DNA from: an uncultured Spirochaetota bacterium
GTDB lineage: Bacteria > Spirochaetota > Spirochaetia > SZUA-6 > Fen-1364
Length of the DNA stretch: 64,000 bases
Direction of reading: 5' to 3'
Assembly (NCBI GenBank): GCA_963781885.1
Contig: CAWAHW010000001.1
Span: 96,001-160,000 of the forward strand
Shown here: positions 51,632 to 61,300 of the stretch, one piece after another
How the letters are laid out: each line of letters begins with the position of its first letter
How positions within the stretch are numbered: the first letter of the stretch is position 1
The notes under the pieces: model-generated
Told to the model about the DNA's origin: nothing
Databases searched by the model: none
What the model saw: only the letters and a program-made list of their open reading frames with translations
Translations under genes and position numbers: made by a program

Positions 51632-52066
51632 ATGACCACGGAAGTCGAGATTCAGGCTCTTGTCGACCGGGAAACGGCCGCCTGGGATCACCAGGATGCC
51701 GAAGCCCTCGTGTCTCTTTTTCACCCCGACATGGTGTGGCCATGGCCGCCGGATCCAACCGCCCACGATCCGGCCTCCTGGGTTTTCCCGCAGGGCCGCT
51801 ACAACCGAGAGCGATGGAAGGCTGCCTGGTCCGAATTGTTCGGCGCATACTCGCTCGCGCACAACGAGCGGCACACGGTTCGCATCGTCACTTCCGCCGA
51901 AGGAGACGCCGCCTTTGCGGTTGTGGACGTCGATACGCTGTGGCGCAGACGCGGTGACGGAAGCCCCCTGCATTGGAAAGGCCGCGCCTGCAAAGGTTAC
52001 ACGAAGGTTGCCGGGAGGTGGTTGCTCATATTCCACACGGGATTGCTAGACTACGGCGGCAGATGA
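51632..52066 (+). CDS. NTF2/SnoaL-like protein
   Basis: AGGAGG RBS; 'AWDHQDAEALVSLFHPD', 'GDAAFAVVD', 'GRWLLIFH'. Confidence 0.8.
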   Translation: MTTEVEIQALVDRETAAWDHQDAEALVSLFHPDMVWPWPPDPTAHDPASWVFPQGRYNRERWKAAWSELFGAYSLAHNERHTVRIVTSAEGDAAFAVVDVDTLWRRRGDGSPLHWKGRACKGYTKVAGRWLLIFHTGLLDYGGR

Positions 52067-52157
52067 CGGGAGGCGTGCCCGTCCCGGCCGTATGCCGAAA
52101 ATGCTCCGCGGGCTCGGTCAGGCGGACGCCGACCGCGTGCCCGCGGATTTCAGTTCG

Positions 52158-52811
52158 TTACTTCGTGTAGCCGAGCTGCATGATGAACAACGGCACCTCG
52201 TCCTTGGCGAGGTTCGCCGCCGTCGCCGCAGCGGCCGGGGTGACGTTGAACATGACGATCGAAGAAAGCTTCAGCCCGCCCGCCACCAGCCCGATGTTCT
52301 CAGCCCCGTAGCTGGCCGTGCCCATGGCCATTTCCCGCCCCGCGGCGGCATTGCCCTTGACGAAAACGGGAAGCTTCGTGGTATCGCACGTGAAAAGCAC
52401 CATGAACGCTGCCGTGGCGATGTTCTCCGTCGTGATGGTCCCGCGGGCGTCCTTGGCGGAAACCTGCTTCAGGAGGTTGCTCTCCGGCAGGTAGCGATAC
52501 ACGCCCTTGGCAGTCAGAACGTAGAGGTTGATGTAGTTGACATCCCCCGAAACCGGGAACGTCCCGCCGGCCTTGGAGGCCGAGGAAACCGCATCGGCGG
52601 TGCCCTTCATCCCATTGCCCGCCCAGACGATGGTCGACAGGTCCGCCACCGACACGTCCCGCTGCACAAACGCCCGCGCGGCGGCCCGCGCCCTGATGGC
52701 ATCGAGCACGTCCACGCCGAGCTTGGCCGGCGGCTTGGACAGGGTGATGTCCTGGCTGAAGAGCGCCGCGGCGCTCAACGCAAGAACCAGGATCAACAGA
52801 GTCTTCTTCAT
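52158..52811 (-). CDS. Exported nitroreductase-fold protein (SagB/ThcOx-like)
   Basis: Signal 'MKKTLLILVLALSAAALFS|Q'; 'DAIRARAAARAF', 'LSTIVWAGNG', 'LYVL...GVYRY.PE', 'ENIGL.A'. Confidence 0.75.
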   Translation of the reverse strand: MKKTLLILVLALSAAALFSQDITLSKPPAKLGVDVLDAIRARAAARAFVQRDVSVADLSTIVWAGNGMKGTADAVSSASKAGGTFPVSGDVNYINLYVLTAKGVYRYLPESNLLKQVSAKDARGTITTENIATAAFMVLFTCDTTKLPVFVKGNAAAGREMAMGTASYGAENIGLVAGGLKLSSIVMFNVTPAAAATAANLAKDEVPLFIMQLGYTK

Positions 52812-53019
52812 GTGTTGCCTCCATCTTTTCCCGTTGAATCGAGATTCAGAAGCCTTTCGGCCGAGGCAGCCCGGGACTGCTGTCGCTCGTTTCGCCGTCA
52901 TGCTCCGTGAGAGTACCAGAAGCCGCCGTGCCGCCTCAATTACCTTTCTCCCGATTGTCTAAAGATACTGGATTTCCCGCGCATCGTTTTGCTCCTGTTC
53001 GAAGCGGGGCCGCCGGTCT

Positions 53020-54736
53020 TCACCGAACGCCGGACGGCAGGGGCGACTTCCGCAACGCCTCCAGGGTCTGCGTGCGGACCGGCTCGGAAAGATCCGCACG
53101 GGCGCGGGCAAGCACGTCTTCATCCGTGAGCTCCGTGTCGGTCATGGAAATCAGGGCCGTTTCCGCGGTCGCATCGAAGACAATGCCACGGGGCCCTCCC
53201 GGCGTCGGCGACCATGCCTCCCATTCCGGCAGGCCCGACCCGGGACGATTGGGGTTTCCCGTCCGGGCGAACGCCGCGAGGTAATCCATCATGGCGGCCG
53301 AGAGGGCTTTGCGGCCCGGCGCATTCTGACGCGTAAAGAGGAACGACTGCATCACCGCGTCGAGCGTGTCCGTGCCGAGGAAGAATGGATACTCGAGGGA
53401 ATGGAAGGCGCCCAGCCGCCTGCCCCAGCTCCCCGGCATGGGGCTCTTCCCCCGTGCGTCCATCGCACCCCATGAAAACAGGTATGTATAGACGGGCGGC
53501 TGATCGGCATGGGAGGTGAGGCGGCGTGCCACCTCGTCCACGCCGGACACTTTCCAGCGCTCGCTGCCGTAGGTCGCCTCTGCCTGGTAGAGATCGCCCT
53601 TCCATGGGGGATTTCCTGCAAAGGCCATGAAGAGCTTCAGCTCCTCCTTGTTGCCTCCAAGGATCACCGGGACCTTTCCCGGGTAGTCGTCGCCGGAAAG
53701 GGAATCGAAGCCGTCGACCGGTATGACCGCCCCGTCGCGCAGGATGGCGGGGTTGTCCGTCATGCCCATGGCGCCTGCCGCGTAGCACCGCACGATCTGC
53801 CGATCGGTCCGGGATCGCAGAAATGTCCGGGATCTGCTGCGGGCTCATGCCGGCTGCGGCCTTCTCCGCGTCGGCCGGCGTCCGCGCCTTGCCTGCCAGC
53901 AGAAGGAGCCGGTCCAGGGCGGCCTGCGCCCGCGCATCGGCCTCGTCCATGCCGTGCGTGAGGGCAGCGCCACTTTCCGACATCGCCCGCTGGAAGAGCC
54001 CGCGGGCGGGCTCCGCGATCAGAAGAGAAAGCACGTTGAAACCGCCCGCGGATTCTCCCGTCACGGTCACGGCGTGAGGATCGCCCCCGAATGACGCGAT
54101 GTTCTGCTGGATCCACTTCAGCGCCTGGATGATGTCCAGCGTGCCATAATTGCCCGAGGCATCCTCGGCAGACGCGCCATCACGGAGCGCCGGATGCGTG
54201 AACCAGCCAAAGGGGCCCAGCCGGTAATTCATGGAGACGAAGACGACCCGCGAGCGCGCGGCGATCCTGTTGCCGAAATAATCGGGCACCATCGTCGCCG
54301 AGCCGATGGTGTTGCCGCCGCCGTGTATCCAGACATAGACGGGCAGGTCGGTCTGGCTTCCCTGCGGCCGCCAGACGTTCAGATAGAGGCAGTCCTCGGA
54401 GCCGACGATGGAGCCGCGCACCAGGACGTTGTACTGCGTGCAGCCGGCGTTGAACGACCGCGAGGCGCGGATGCCCGCCCACGGCAGGGGATCCTGCGGC
54501 GCGCGCCAGCGCAAGTCCCCCACGGGCGGCCGCGCAAACGGGATGGCCTTCCACGCGATCGTGCCGTCGGCGTCAGGGAAGCCCTGCACGAGGCCGAAAC
54601 GTGTCTGGACAACCTGGTCGCCATTCCACGCCCCGGGCTCCCGCAGGGAGCCGACGGACGGCGCCGATGCGCAGGAAATGGCAAGCAGGACCGCAACGCC
54701 GCACAGGGCTGCCCTTATTCGTGTCTGGAGCTCCAA
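53020..54736 (-). CDS. Type B carboxylesterase lipoprotein; frameshift near 53825
   Basis: 'IPFARPPVGDLRWRAP', 'SEDCLYLNVW', 'WIHGGG', 'GESAG', 'GGNKEE', 'GAFHSLE'; lipobox AISC. Confidence 0.9.
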
Positions 54737-54748
54737 TGTGCACCCCCG

Positions 54749-55762
54749 TCAGCGAAGAATCGTCAGCCTCAGGACGGTATCCAGCAGGAGACCGAGCAGG
54801 TACCAGGCCCCGAATCGCCGCGTGAAGACGAACGTGGAAGCGACGTACCACAGCGGCCATGCCTCGTCGGGATAGCCGGCGGGCTTGCGGCTGGGACGCG
54901 TCTTGCGGAACATCGGCAGGACGTTCTTGAAGAAGAAGTACAGCGAGATGAAGGGGAGCAGGAGCAGCGGCGTGAAGTACCAGGTGGCCACGAGGTACAC
55001 CAGGATGAGATACGAGAGGGCAATCATCGCGATCACGACGATGCGCGCGGCGGGCCCGCCGATCAGCACGGGAAGCGTGGTGATGTGCTTCCGACGGTCC
55101 ATATCCATCTTGTCCAGGTGCTTGCCCACAAGGGTCGCCGAGACGCCCAGCGCATAGGGAAGCCCCGCGACCACCGCAAGCCAGCTCCACGTGCCCGAAA
55201 GAACGTAGTAGGCGCCGCCGATCATGAGCGGCCCCCAGACGATGAGCAGGGAAAGCTCTCCGAGGGCAATATACTTCAGCGGCCAGGTGTAGAACAGGAG
55301 AAAGAAGGCGCCCACACCGATGAGCACCCACGTCATCCATCCCGTGAAAAGCCCGAGCACGACCCCCGCGGCCAGCGCGAGGGTTCCCGTGACGATTGCG
55401 TAGAGCAAATGCCGGCGCGCCGTGAGGAAGCCGGTCTCCAGCACCTGCGGGCCGTACTGGTCGCGGAAGTAGTTGCCCTTGTCCACGCCGCGCCGGTAGT
55501 CAACAAGGTCGTTCAGGAGATTGTTCGTGCCATGGGCCATCATGAGGCCGAAGGCGATGAGGAGCCACTTCCAGCCCGCGATGGGTCCGTCGCGCAGCGC
55601 CAGGAGCCCGCCGATGCCCGCGGAGATCAGCGACATGACCAGCGCCGCCGCGCGCGTCGCGACGAGCCAGCGCGACAGCACGTCCAGGCCGTCCCATTCC
55701 TTGCGTGAAAGGCGCGGCATGGTCTTCAGGGCCTTCACCCACATCGCCGGCTGTAATTTCAC
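54749..55762 (-). CDS. UbiA-superfamily prenyltransferase (MenA-like)
   Basis: 'NNLLNDLVDYRRGVD', 'YTWPLKYIALGE', 'DKMDMDRRKHITTLPV'; multiple TM segments. Confidence 0.85.
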   Translation of the reverse strand: MKLQPAMWVKALKTMPRLSRKEWDGLDVLSRWLVATRAAALVMSLISAGIGGLLALRDGPIAGWKWLLIAFGLMMAHGTNNLLNDLVDYRRGVDKGNYFRDQYGPQVLETGFLTARRHLLYAIVTGTLALAAGVVLGLFTGWMTWVLIGVGAFFLLFYTWPLKYIALGELSLLIVWGPLMIGGAYYVLSGTWSWLAVVAGLPYALGVSATLVGKHLDKMDMDRRKHITTLPVLIGGPAARIVVIAMIALSYLILVYLVATWYFTPLLLLPFISLYFFFKNVLPMFRKTRPSRKPAGYPDEAWPLWYVASTFVFTRRFGAWYLLGLLLDTVLRLTILR

Positions 55763-55856
55763 GGTTGAAGTATAATCGCCGCACCCGCGTGCGGCTATGG
55801 CACATGCCGGTAACGCGTGCGGGCGCCGGGATCCCCGCTCTCGGGGCGACGGCATG

Positions 55857-56204
55857 CTAGGCGCGCGAGAGGAGGACTCTGCTCCATTTGCGCGACCACG
55901 GATCGAGTGGTTCCAGAAGGAGGAACAGCTCTTTTCCCAAAGCAGTCAGCGCGTAGCCGTCCAATGTCCGCGCAACGATCTTTGCCGCCTGGAGATCCTT
56001 TATGCGGCCGTTGAGGATTGAGGGTGAGATGTTCCCGCTCTTCCTTTCGCAGGCGCTCTGCAGGCTCCTGAATGTCATCGGTCCTCGAGAGAGATTCCAT
56101 ATGATACCCATCGCCCAGCGCCTGCCGAGAAGGTCGAACAAGGCCATGAGGGGTTGGCCTGTCGTGGAGCCGCGGACCGGTTTGCCGGGCCTGGGTATCG
56201 CCAT
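55857..56204 (-). CDS. HxlR-family winged-helix regulator
   Basis: 'PVRGSTTGQPLMALFDLLGRRW', 'ISPSILNGRIKDL', 'YALTALG'. Confidence 0.85.
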   Translation of the reverse strand: MAIPRPGKPVRGSTTGQPLMALFDLLGRRWAMGIIWNLSRGPMTFRSLQSACERKSGNISPSILNGRIKDLQAAKIVARTLDGYALTALGKELFLLLEPLDPWSRKWSRVLLSRA

Positions 56205-56211
56205 AAAATGA

Positions 56212-56409
56212 CTACTGCTTCGCGGCCCTGATGTCGGTGAGGGTCCTGCCCGCGCGGCCGATATTGTCTGTATCGAGCTCGGTGATGAGGACGGTGAACT
56301 CGTTCGCCGGTATCTTCGTGATCTCGATGGCGTCGGCGGACAACTTTTCGATGAGCGCCTTCTTCTGCTCCTGACTGCTTCTCCCCATGGTGATGTGAAT
56401 GACGGGCAT
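56212..56409 (-). CDS. 4-oxalocrotonate tautomerase family protein (DmpI-like)
   Basis: Catalytic Pro-1 in 'MPVIHITMG..QEQKKALIE...NIGRAG'; AGGAGG RBS. Confidence 0.9.
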   Translation of the reverse strand: MPVIHITMGRSSQEQKKALIEKLSADAIEITKIPANEFTVLITELDTDNIGRAGRTLTDIRAAKQ

Positions 56410-56440
56410 GCGTGAATCCTCCTTTGCCAAGAACGGATTG

Positions 56441-56479
56441 ATGCTATCTTTAAAGTAGCATGCTACCATTAAAATAGCA
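56441..56479. promoter_or_regulatory. Tandem inverted repeats TGCTA-N9-TAGCA x2, probable operator of the HxlR regulator
   Basis: TGCTA tctttaaag TAGCA (56442-56460) directly followed by TGCTA ccattaaaa TAGCA (56461-56479), upstream of the tautomerase-HxlR operon. Confidence 0.65.
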
Positions 56480-56555
56480 ATGGGTGAACAGGATACTGCC
56501 TGTCCGCCATTCCCTGACCATCGTGCCGGCATGGGCGGTCTTGCTTCTGTCACGG

Positions 56556-58382
56556 CTAAATTGCGTGTCCCTTGAATTGGCTCAGATAGAGATGGTGGTA
56601 AAAGCCGTGCATGTCGAGCAACTGCTGGTGGCTCCCCTGCTCGACGATCTCGCCGTTGTTGATGACCACCACCTTGTCGGCGTCGCGGATCGTGCTGAGG
56701 CGATGGGCGATGACAAAGCTCGTACGGCCCTGCATCAGGCGCAGCAAAGCCTTCTGAATGCGTATCTCGGTTCGCGTATCGACGCTGCTCGTCGCCTCAT
56801 CGAGGATCAATATGGCCGGGGCCGCGAGAATCGCGCGCGTGATCGACAGGAGCTGGCGTTGTCCCTGGCTCAAGTTTCCCGCGCGCTCCGAAAGGTTGGT
56901 CTGATACCCCTGCGGCAACTGGCGGATGAAATGGTCGGCTTCGGCCATTCGCGCGGCCTCGATGCACTCTTCGTCGCTGGCGTCAAGGCGACCGTAGCGG
57001 ATGTTTTCCATGACTGAATCGGCAAAGAGAAAGGTATCCTGCAATACCAGGCCCAGGTTGCGGCGAAGGTCGGCCTTCCTCAAAGCGCGAATATCTGTGC
57101 CATCGATGCTGATGCTGCCGCCCTGAACCTCGTAGAAGCGGGTGAGAAGATTCATGATGGTCGTCTTTCCCGCGCCGGTGGGACCGACGAGGGCGATGGT
57201 CTGTCCCGCCGCAACCTCCAGGGAGAAGCTCTTGATGATCGGGTTGCCTGTCATATAGCCGAACTGCACGTTGCGCATGCTCACGTCCCCGCGCATGGTC
57301 GTCGCTGGCATGGCGTCCTTTGCATCGGCGACTTCCGAAGGCGTGTCGATGATCTCGAAAACGCGCTCTGCGCCGGCAAGGGCGGCCTGTATCGAATTGT
57401 ACAGGTTGGCAAGCTGGCGCAGCGGCGAGGTAAAGTTCTGCCCATAGTTGATGAAGGTGGCAATGGTGCCGACGCTCACGAGACCCTGGAGAGCAAACCA
57501 TCCGCCCAGGCTCGCGAGCACGATCACGAAAAAACTGCCCAGCACGGAGGTGAGGGGAAACAGCAGCAAGGCGTACGAGTTTGCATAGACTCCGGCTTCA
57601 AAAACAGCCTGGTTTTTTGCCCGAAACGCGTCAATGACCGACGCGTTGCGCCTGAAGGCCTTGATCACCTTCTGGCCGCTGATGGCTTCCTCGGCGATGC
57701 TGTTGAGCTCGCCGAGACCGTTCTGCAAGTTGCGAAACCCTTTCCGCGTATACTTCGCCACGAAGCGCGTGAACCAGATCATGATGGGGACGACCAAGAC
57801 GCTCGCCAGGGCAAGCCAGTGGTTGAGCACGAACATGGTGATGAGGATCCCGAGCATGGAAATCACGCTTGCCACCAGCGATGTGATGTTCTGCGAAACG
57901 GCCTGGTTGATGGCGTCGATGTCGTTGGTGAGCCGGCTCATGAGACCGCCGGCGGCGTGCGTGTCGAAAAAGCTCATGGAAAGCGTCTGGATGTGGGAGA
58001 ACAGATCGGTGCGCACCATCTTCAGAGCCCGCTGCGAGACGCGGGCCATGATCCAGTTGGCGGCCACCTGGAATGCATTGCTCAGGACATACACCGCGAG
58101 CATGAGGGCGGAGATTCGCAGGAGGCCGGGGATATCCTTTCCGCCGATGAATTTGTCGATGGCGACGCCCAAGAGGTAGGGGCCGCCCAGACCGAGAAGG
58201 GAATACAGCAGAACGAAACCGATGACGAGACCGACGGGCAGCCCGAAAGGCTTGAGGTAGAGAACCAGGCGGGTCATCGCCCGGCGCGGGTTGCGCGCCT
58301 TTTCCATGCGCGTAAGCCGGCTGGGACGATTTTGCAGGCTGAAACGAACGTCTGAAGTCGAAGGGGGAGAACTAGTCGCCAT
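56556..58382 (-). CDS. ABC exporter, fused TMD-NBD (heterodimer subunit B)
   Basis: 'GPTGAGKTT', 'LSQGQRQ', 'LDEATSSVD', 'IAHRLST'. Confidence 0.95.
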   Translation of the reverse strand: MATSSPPSTSDVRFSLQNRPSRLTRMEKARNPRRAMTRLVLYLKPFGLPVGLVIGFVLLYSLLGLGGPYLLGVAIDKFIGGKDIPGLLRISALMLAVYVLSNAFQVAANWIMARVSQRALKMVRTDLFSHIQTLSMSFFDTHAAGGLMSRLTNDIDAINQAVSQNITSLVASVISMLGILITMFVLNHWLALASVLVVPIMIWFTRFVAKYTRKGFRNLQNGLGELNSIAEEAISGQKVIKAFRRNASVIDAFRAKNQAVFEAGVYANSYALLLFPLTSVLGSFFVIVLASLGGWFALQGLVSVGTIATFINYGQNFTSPLRQLANLYNSIQAALAGAERVFEIIDTPSEVADAKDAMPATTMRGDVSMRNVQFGYMTGNPIIKSFSLEVAAGQTIALVGPTGAGKTTIMNLLTRFYEVQGGSISIDGTDIRALRKADLRRNLGLVLQDTFLFADSVMENIRYGRLDASDEECIEAARMAEADHFIRQLPQGYQTNLSERAGNLSQGQRQLLSITRAILAAPAILILDEATSSVDTRTEIRIQKALLRLMQGRTSFVIAHRLSTIRDADKVVVINNGEIVEQGSHQQLLDMHGFYHHLYLSQFKGHAI

Positions 58383-58411
58383 CGCGCATCCCTCCGGGAA
58401 TGCATGGTTTC

Positions 58412-60154
58412 TTATTCATGAAGGCCGCCGCCCAGCTGTGAATCGTATATTTCCCTGTAGATGAGGCTTGTCTGCAGCAGCTCTGCGTGCTTCCCTTCGG
58501 CGACAATGCGCCCCTCGTCGAGCACGACGATCTTGTCCGCGTTCAACACCGTGCTGATCCGCTGCGCGACGACAAAGCTCGTGCATCCCTGCATGAGCTT
58601 TCCAAGGGCGGCTTGAATCCTCGTTTCCGTTTCCACATCCACCGCGCTCGTGCTGTCATCCAGGATGAGAACGGAAGGTCGCGTGATGAGGGCACGGGCG
58701 ATTGCAATCCGCTGTTTCTGCCCGCCCGATACATTGCCGCCGCGCTCTTCGATGTGCGTGTCGTAGCCCTGCGGCAGACGAAGGATGAAATCGTGCGCCT
58801 GCGCCGCCGTCGCCGCGGCGATCACCTCATCGTCGCTCGCATCGGGTCGACCGTAGCGGATATTGTCGCGCACCGTGCCGGAAAAGAGGATGGTTTCCTG
58901 TGGAACGATGCTGACGTGGCCGAGCAGAGAGTCCTGATGAATACGGCGCACGTCGAGCCCCTCGATCAGAACGGCTCCGCGCACGGCATCGTAGAAGCGC
59001 GGAATGAGGTTGATCAGGGTCGTCTTCCCCGAGCCCGTGGTGCCCAGAAGGGCGATGGTTTGACCCGGCTCGGCCAGGAGACAGATATTTTCCAGCACCG
59101 CCAGGTCCGAATTGCCGTTGTAATGAAAATCGACGCCGTCGAACTCCACCCTGCCCTGCATGGTGGCCGGCAGCGTCAGTGCGTCAGCGGCTTCCTTCAC
59201 GTCAGGGATTGCATTCAGGACTTCGTTGATCCTTCTGAGGGAGGCAAGGCCGTTCGCCCAGGTATTGGAAAGCTGGGTCATCTGGATGAGGGGGGTCATG
59301 GTGGCGAGCAGGTAATTCGTGAAGGCGACGATCTGGCCCAGGGACAAGGTTCCCTTGACGGATTGGATTCCGCCCAACCAGATGACCAGCACCATGCCTA
59401 TGTTGATGAGCACGGTCATCACCGGCGTCATCGACGACATGAACTGCATGACCCTCGCCGTCCCTTGTGTCAGGTCGTCGTTGGCAAGCTCAAAACGCTC
59501 CGCTTCGTGGTCCGCGCGGACAAAGGACTTGACCAGCCGGGCGCCGGAGATGTTCTCCTGCAAGACCGTATTGAGGCGATCCAGCTTCTGCTGCACGACG
59601 CGGAAGAGCGGCTCCATTTTGACGCTGAAGAATACGATGACCGCACCGGTGGCCACGAGGAGAGGGATCATGGTGGTGGCAAGCGTCGGGGCCGTCACGA
59701 ACATCAGGATGATGGCGCCTATCAAGGTAAGCGGGGCGCGCGTGCCGATGCGCAGCGATATCTGGGCCAGTCGTTGCACGGCGCTCACGTCGCTGGTGAG
59801 ACGCACCATCAGCCTTCCCGTGGAAAAGCGGTCCAGGTTGCTGTACGAAAAGTCCTGGATCTTGACGAAAATGGCTTCCCGGAGATCGCGACCCACGCTT
59901 TCACCGACGCGAACGGAAGAATTGCTGTTGAGGACGGCAACGACCGTGCTCAACAACGTGATCCCGAACATGATTGCGGAAGTGCGCAGGACGGCGTTCA
60001 TGTCCTTCCGCTTGATACCCGTGTCGATGATCTGCTCGACAAGACGAGGCACCGCGAGGTCAAGAACGACGACGCCCACAAGCATGACAAATGAGAACAA
60101 GGCCAGTTTCCAATAGGGTTTGACGAATTGGAGAAGTGTTCGGATGTCTTTCAT
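58412..60154 (-). CDS. ABC exporter, fused TMD-NBD (heterodimer subunit A, degenerate site)
   Basis: 'GTTGSGKTT', 'VSGGQKQR', 'LDDSTSAVD', 'AQRIST'. Confidence 0.95.
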   Translation of the reverse strand: MKDIRTLLQFVKPYWKLALFSFVMLVGVVVLDLAVPRLVEQIIDTGIKRKDMNAVLRTSAIMFGITLLSTVVAVLNSNSSVRVGESVGRDLREAIFVKIQDFSYSNLDRFSTGRLMVRLTSDVSAVQRLAQISLRIGTRAPLTLIGAIILMFVTAPTLATTMIPLLVATGAVIVFFSVKMEPLFRVVQQKLDRLNTVLQENISGARLVKSFVRADHEAERFELANDDLTQGTARVMQFMSSMTPVMTVLINIGMVLVIWLGGIQSVKGTLSLGQIVAFTNYLLATMTPLIQMTQLSNTWANGLASLRRINEVLNAIPDVKEAADALTLPATMQGRVEFDGVDFHYNGNSDLAVLENICLLAEPGQTIALLGTTGSGKTTLINLIPRFYDAVRGAVLIEGLDVRRIHQDSLLGHVSIVPQETILFSGTVRDNIRYGRPDASDDEVIAAATAAQAHDFILRLPQGYDTHIEERGGNVSGGQKQRIAIARALITRPSVLILDDSTSAVDVETETRIQAALGKLMQGCTSFVVAQRISTVLNADKIVVLDEGRIVAEGKHAELLQTSLIYREIYDSQLGGGLHE

Positions 60155-60173
60155 CGTTCGGCGGCGCCCCTTC

Positions 60174-60629
60174 TCATGATTCCTCGGGAGTAAATGTCTT
60201 CTTCAATATCTCCATGACCTGCCGAATGCTTTTCAACTCTTTTGCGGAGAGCGACGCCATCTGCCCTTTCATCCACACGCGGTTCTCCTGGAAATTCGCT
60301 TCCAGCACCGTGCTTGCATGCCGGGTGAGCTCCAGGAGCACACAGCGTCGGTCGTCACTCTCCTGTCGGCGCGTCACGAGGCCTTTTGCCACGAGCTCGT
60401 CCACGGCCTGACTGACCGCCGAGCGGCTGATTTGCTTCTTCTCCGCCAGATCGCCCACCGACTGGTATCCTTGGCGGATATGCCGCAAAACCCGAAACTG
60501 TTCCAGCGTAATGCCGAATTTCCTTGCAGCGGCCGTCCGCAACGTGGTGCGGATGCGCTCCCAGACCGGTGGAAGCGTCTCGAGCAGACTATCCACGGCC
60601 TGTTGCCGGGTAGAATCGATGGACTTCAT
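60174..60629 (-). CDS. MarR-family regulator of the ABC exporter
   Basis: 'GITLEQFRVL', 'SRSAVSQAVDELVAKGLVTR..DDRR..LLELT'. Confidence 0.93.
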   Translation of the reverse strand: MKSIDSTRQQAVDSLLETLPPVWERIRTTLRTAAARKFGITLEQFRVLRHIRQGYQSVGDLAEKKQISRSAVSQAVDELVAKGLVTRRQESDDRRCVLLELTRHASTVLEANFQENRVWMKGQMASLSAKELKSIRQVMEILKKTFTPEES

Positions 60630-60643
60630 GGGGCTCCTTAATA

Positions 60644-60674
60644 GTTAAGGCTCTTATTAATTAAGGACATTAAC
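60644..60674. promoter_or_regulatory. Possible tandem MarR operators
   Basis: GTTAAG-gct-CTTATT and ATTAAG-gac-ATTAAC (imperfect GTTAAG-N3-CTTAAC) in an AT-rich patch just upstream of marR. Confidence 0.45.
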
Positions 60675-60675
60675 C

Positions 60676-61299
60676 TTATAGCGGCGCATCATCGTCTTTG
60701 TCAAGAGCGGGAAGCGTGACGGGGCGCGTCGCCCGGGCGAAGGCTTCGCGCGCGGCAACCTGCAGCCTTTCTGAGGCAAAGATCGCGGCAGCCTCGGTGT
60801 CATCGTCGGGCAGGGGCATTGCAAGGAGCCGGCGCTCGACACCCGCGCAGTAGCGCGCCAGGGTGAGGGGGTCCACGAAGCGGCACGTGCCGGGGGGAAG
60901 CGGCGCCTGCGCGGGAGTGAGCGCGCCCCACAGATGGAGCGCTTCCGCGGCGTCCCGCTGGCCGATCAGGGCATAGAACTCAGGGAAGCTCGCCCGCTTC
61001 CCGGCGGAGGCGACGGGGTGCCGGGGTAGCCATCGGGTCACCAGCCGATCCAGCCACACGTGGCTGAAGTAGCCGAAGGCAAAGGCCTTTGCCGCCGGAT
61101 CTGTGTCAAGTGAGATTCGTCGAAGGTGACGGGCAGCCCTCCTGATGACAAGGTGGGTCCGGGCCGTAGGAAGGAAGCGCCTCAGGTCGATGCAGTCGGG
61201 CGCAATGGCGCCGGCCAGGAGCTCTGGCCGCAGAAGACGGGAGTCGGCAGCCTGGGCCGCCGCATGCGCAAAGACAAGGTGCGTCGCATCGAAAGGCAT
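60676..61299 (-). CDS. Zinc-dependent phospholipase C-like hypothetical protein
   Basis: 'THL..AH', 'LAGAIAPD', 'TH', 'GYFSHVWLD' metal-ligand pattern. Confidence 0.55.
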   Translation of the reverse strand: MPFDATHLVFAHAAAQAADSRLLRPELLAGAIAPDCIDLRRFLPTARTHLVIRRAARHLRRISLDTDPAAKAFAFGYFSHVWLDRLVTRWLPRHPVASAGKRASFPEFYALIGQRDAAEALHLWGALTPAQAPLPPGTCRFVDPLTLARYCAGVERRLLAMPLPDDDTEAAAIFASERLQVAAREAFARATRPVTLPALDKDDDAPL

Positions 61300-61300
61300 G

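Noticed and set aside
52158-52811. Azole-RiPP cluster around the SagB-like protein
   Set aside because: There is no YcaO, E1-like protein or precursor nearby, and the protein has a signal peptide.
13354-60154. Recent duplication of the two ABC exporter pairs
   Set aside because: They share family motifs but differ widely in sequence and codon style, consistent with old paralogues or independent acquisition.
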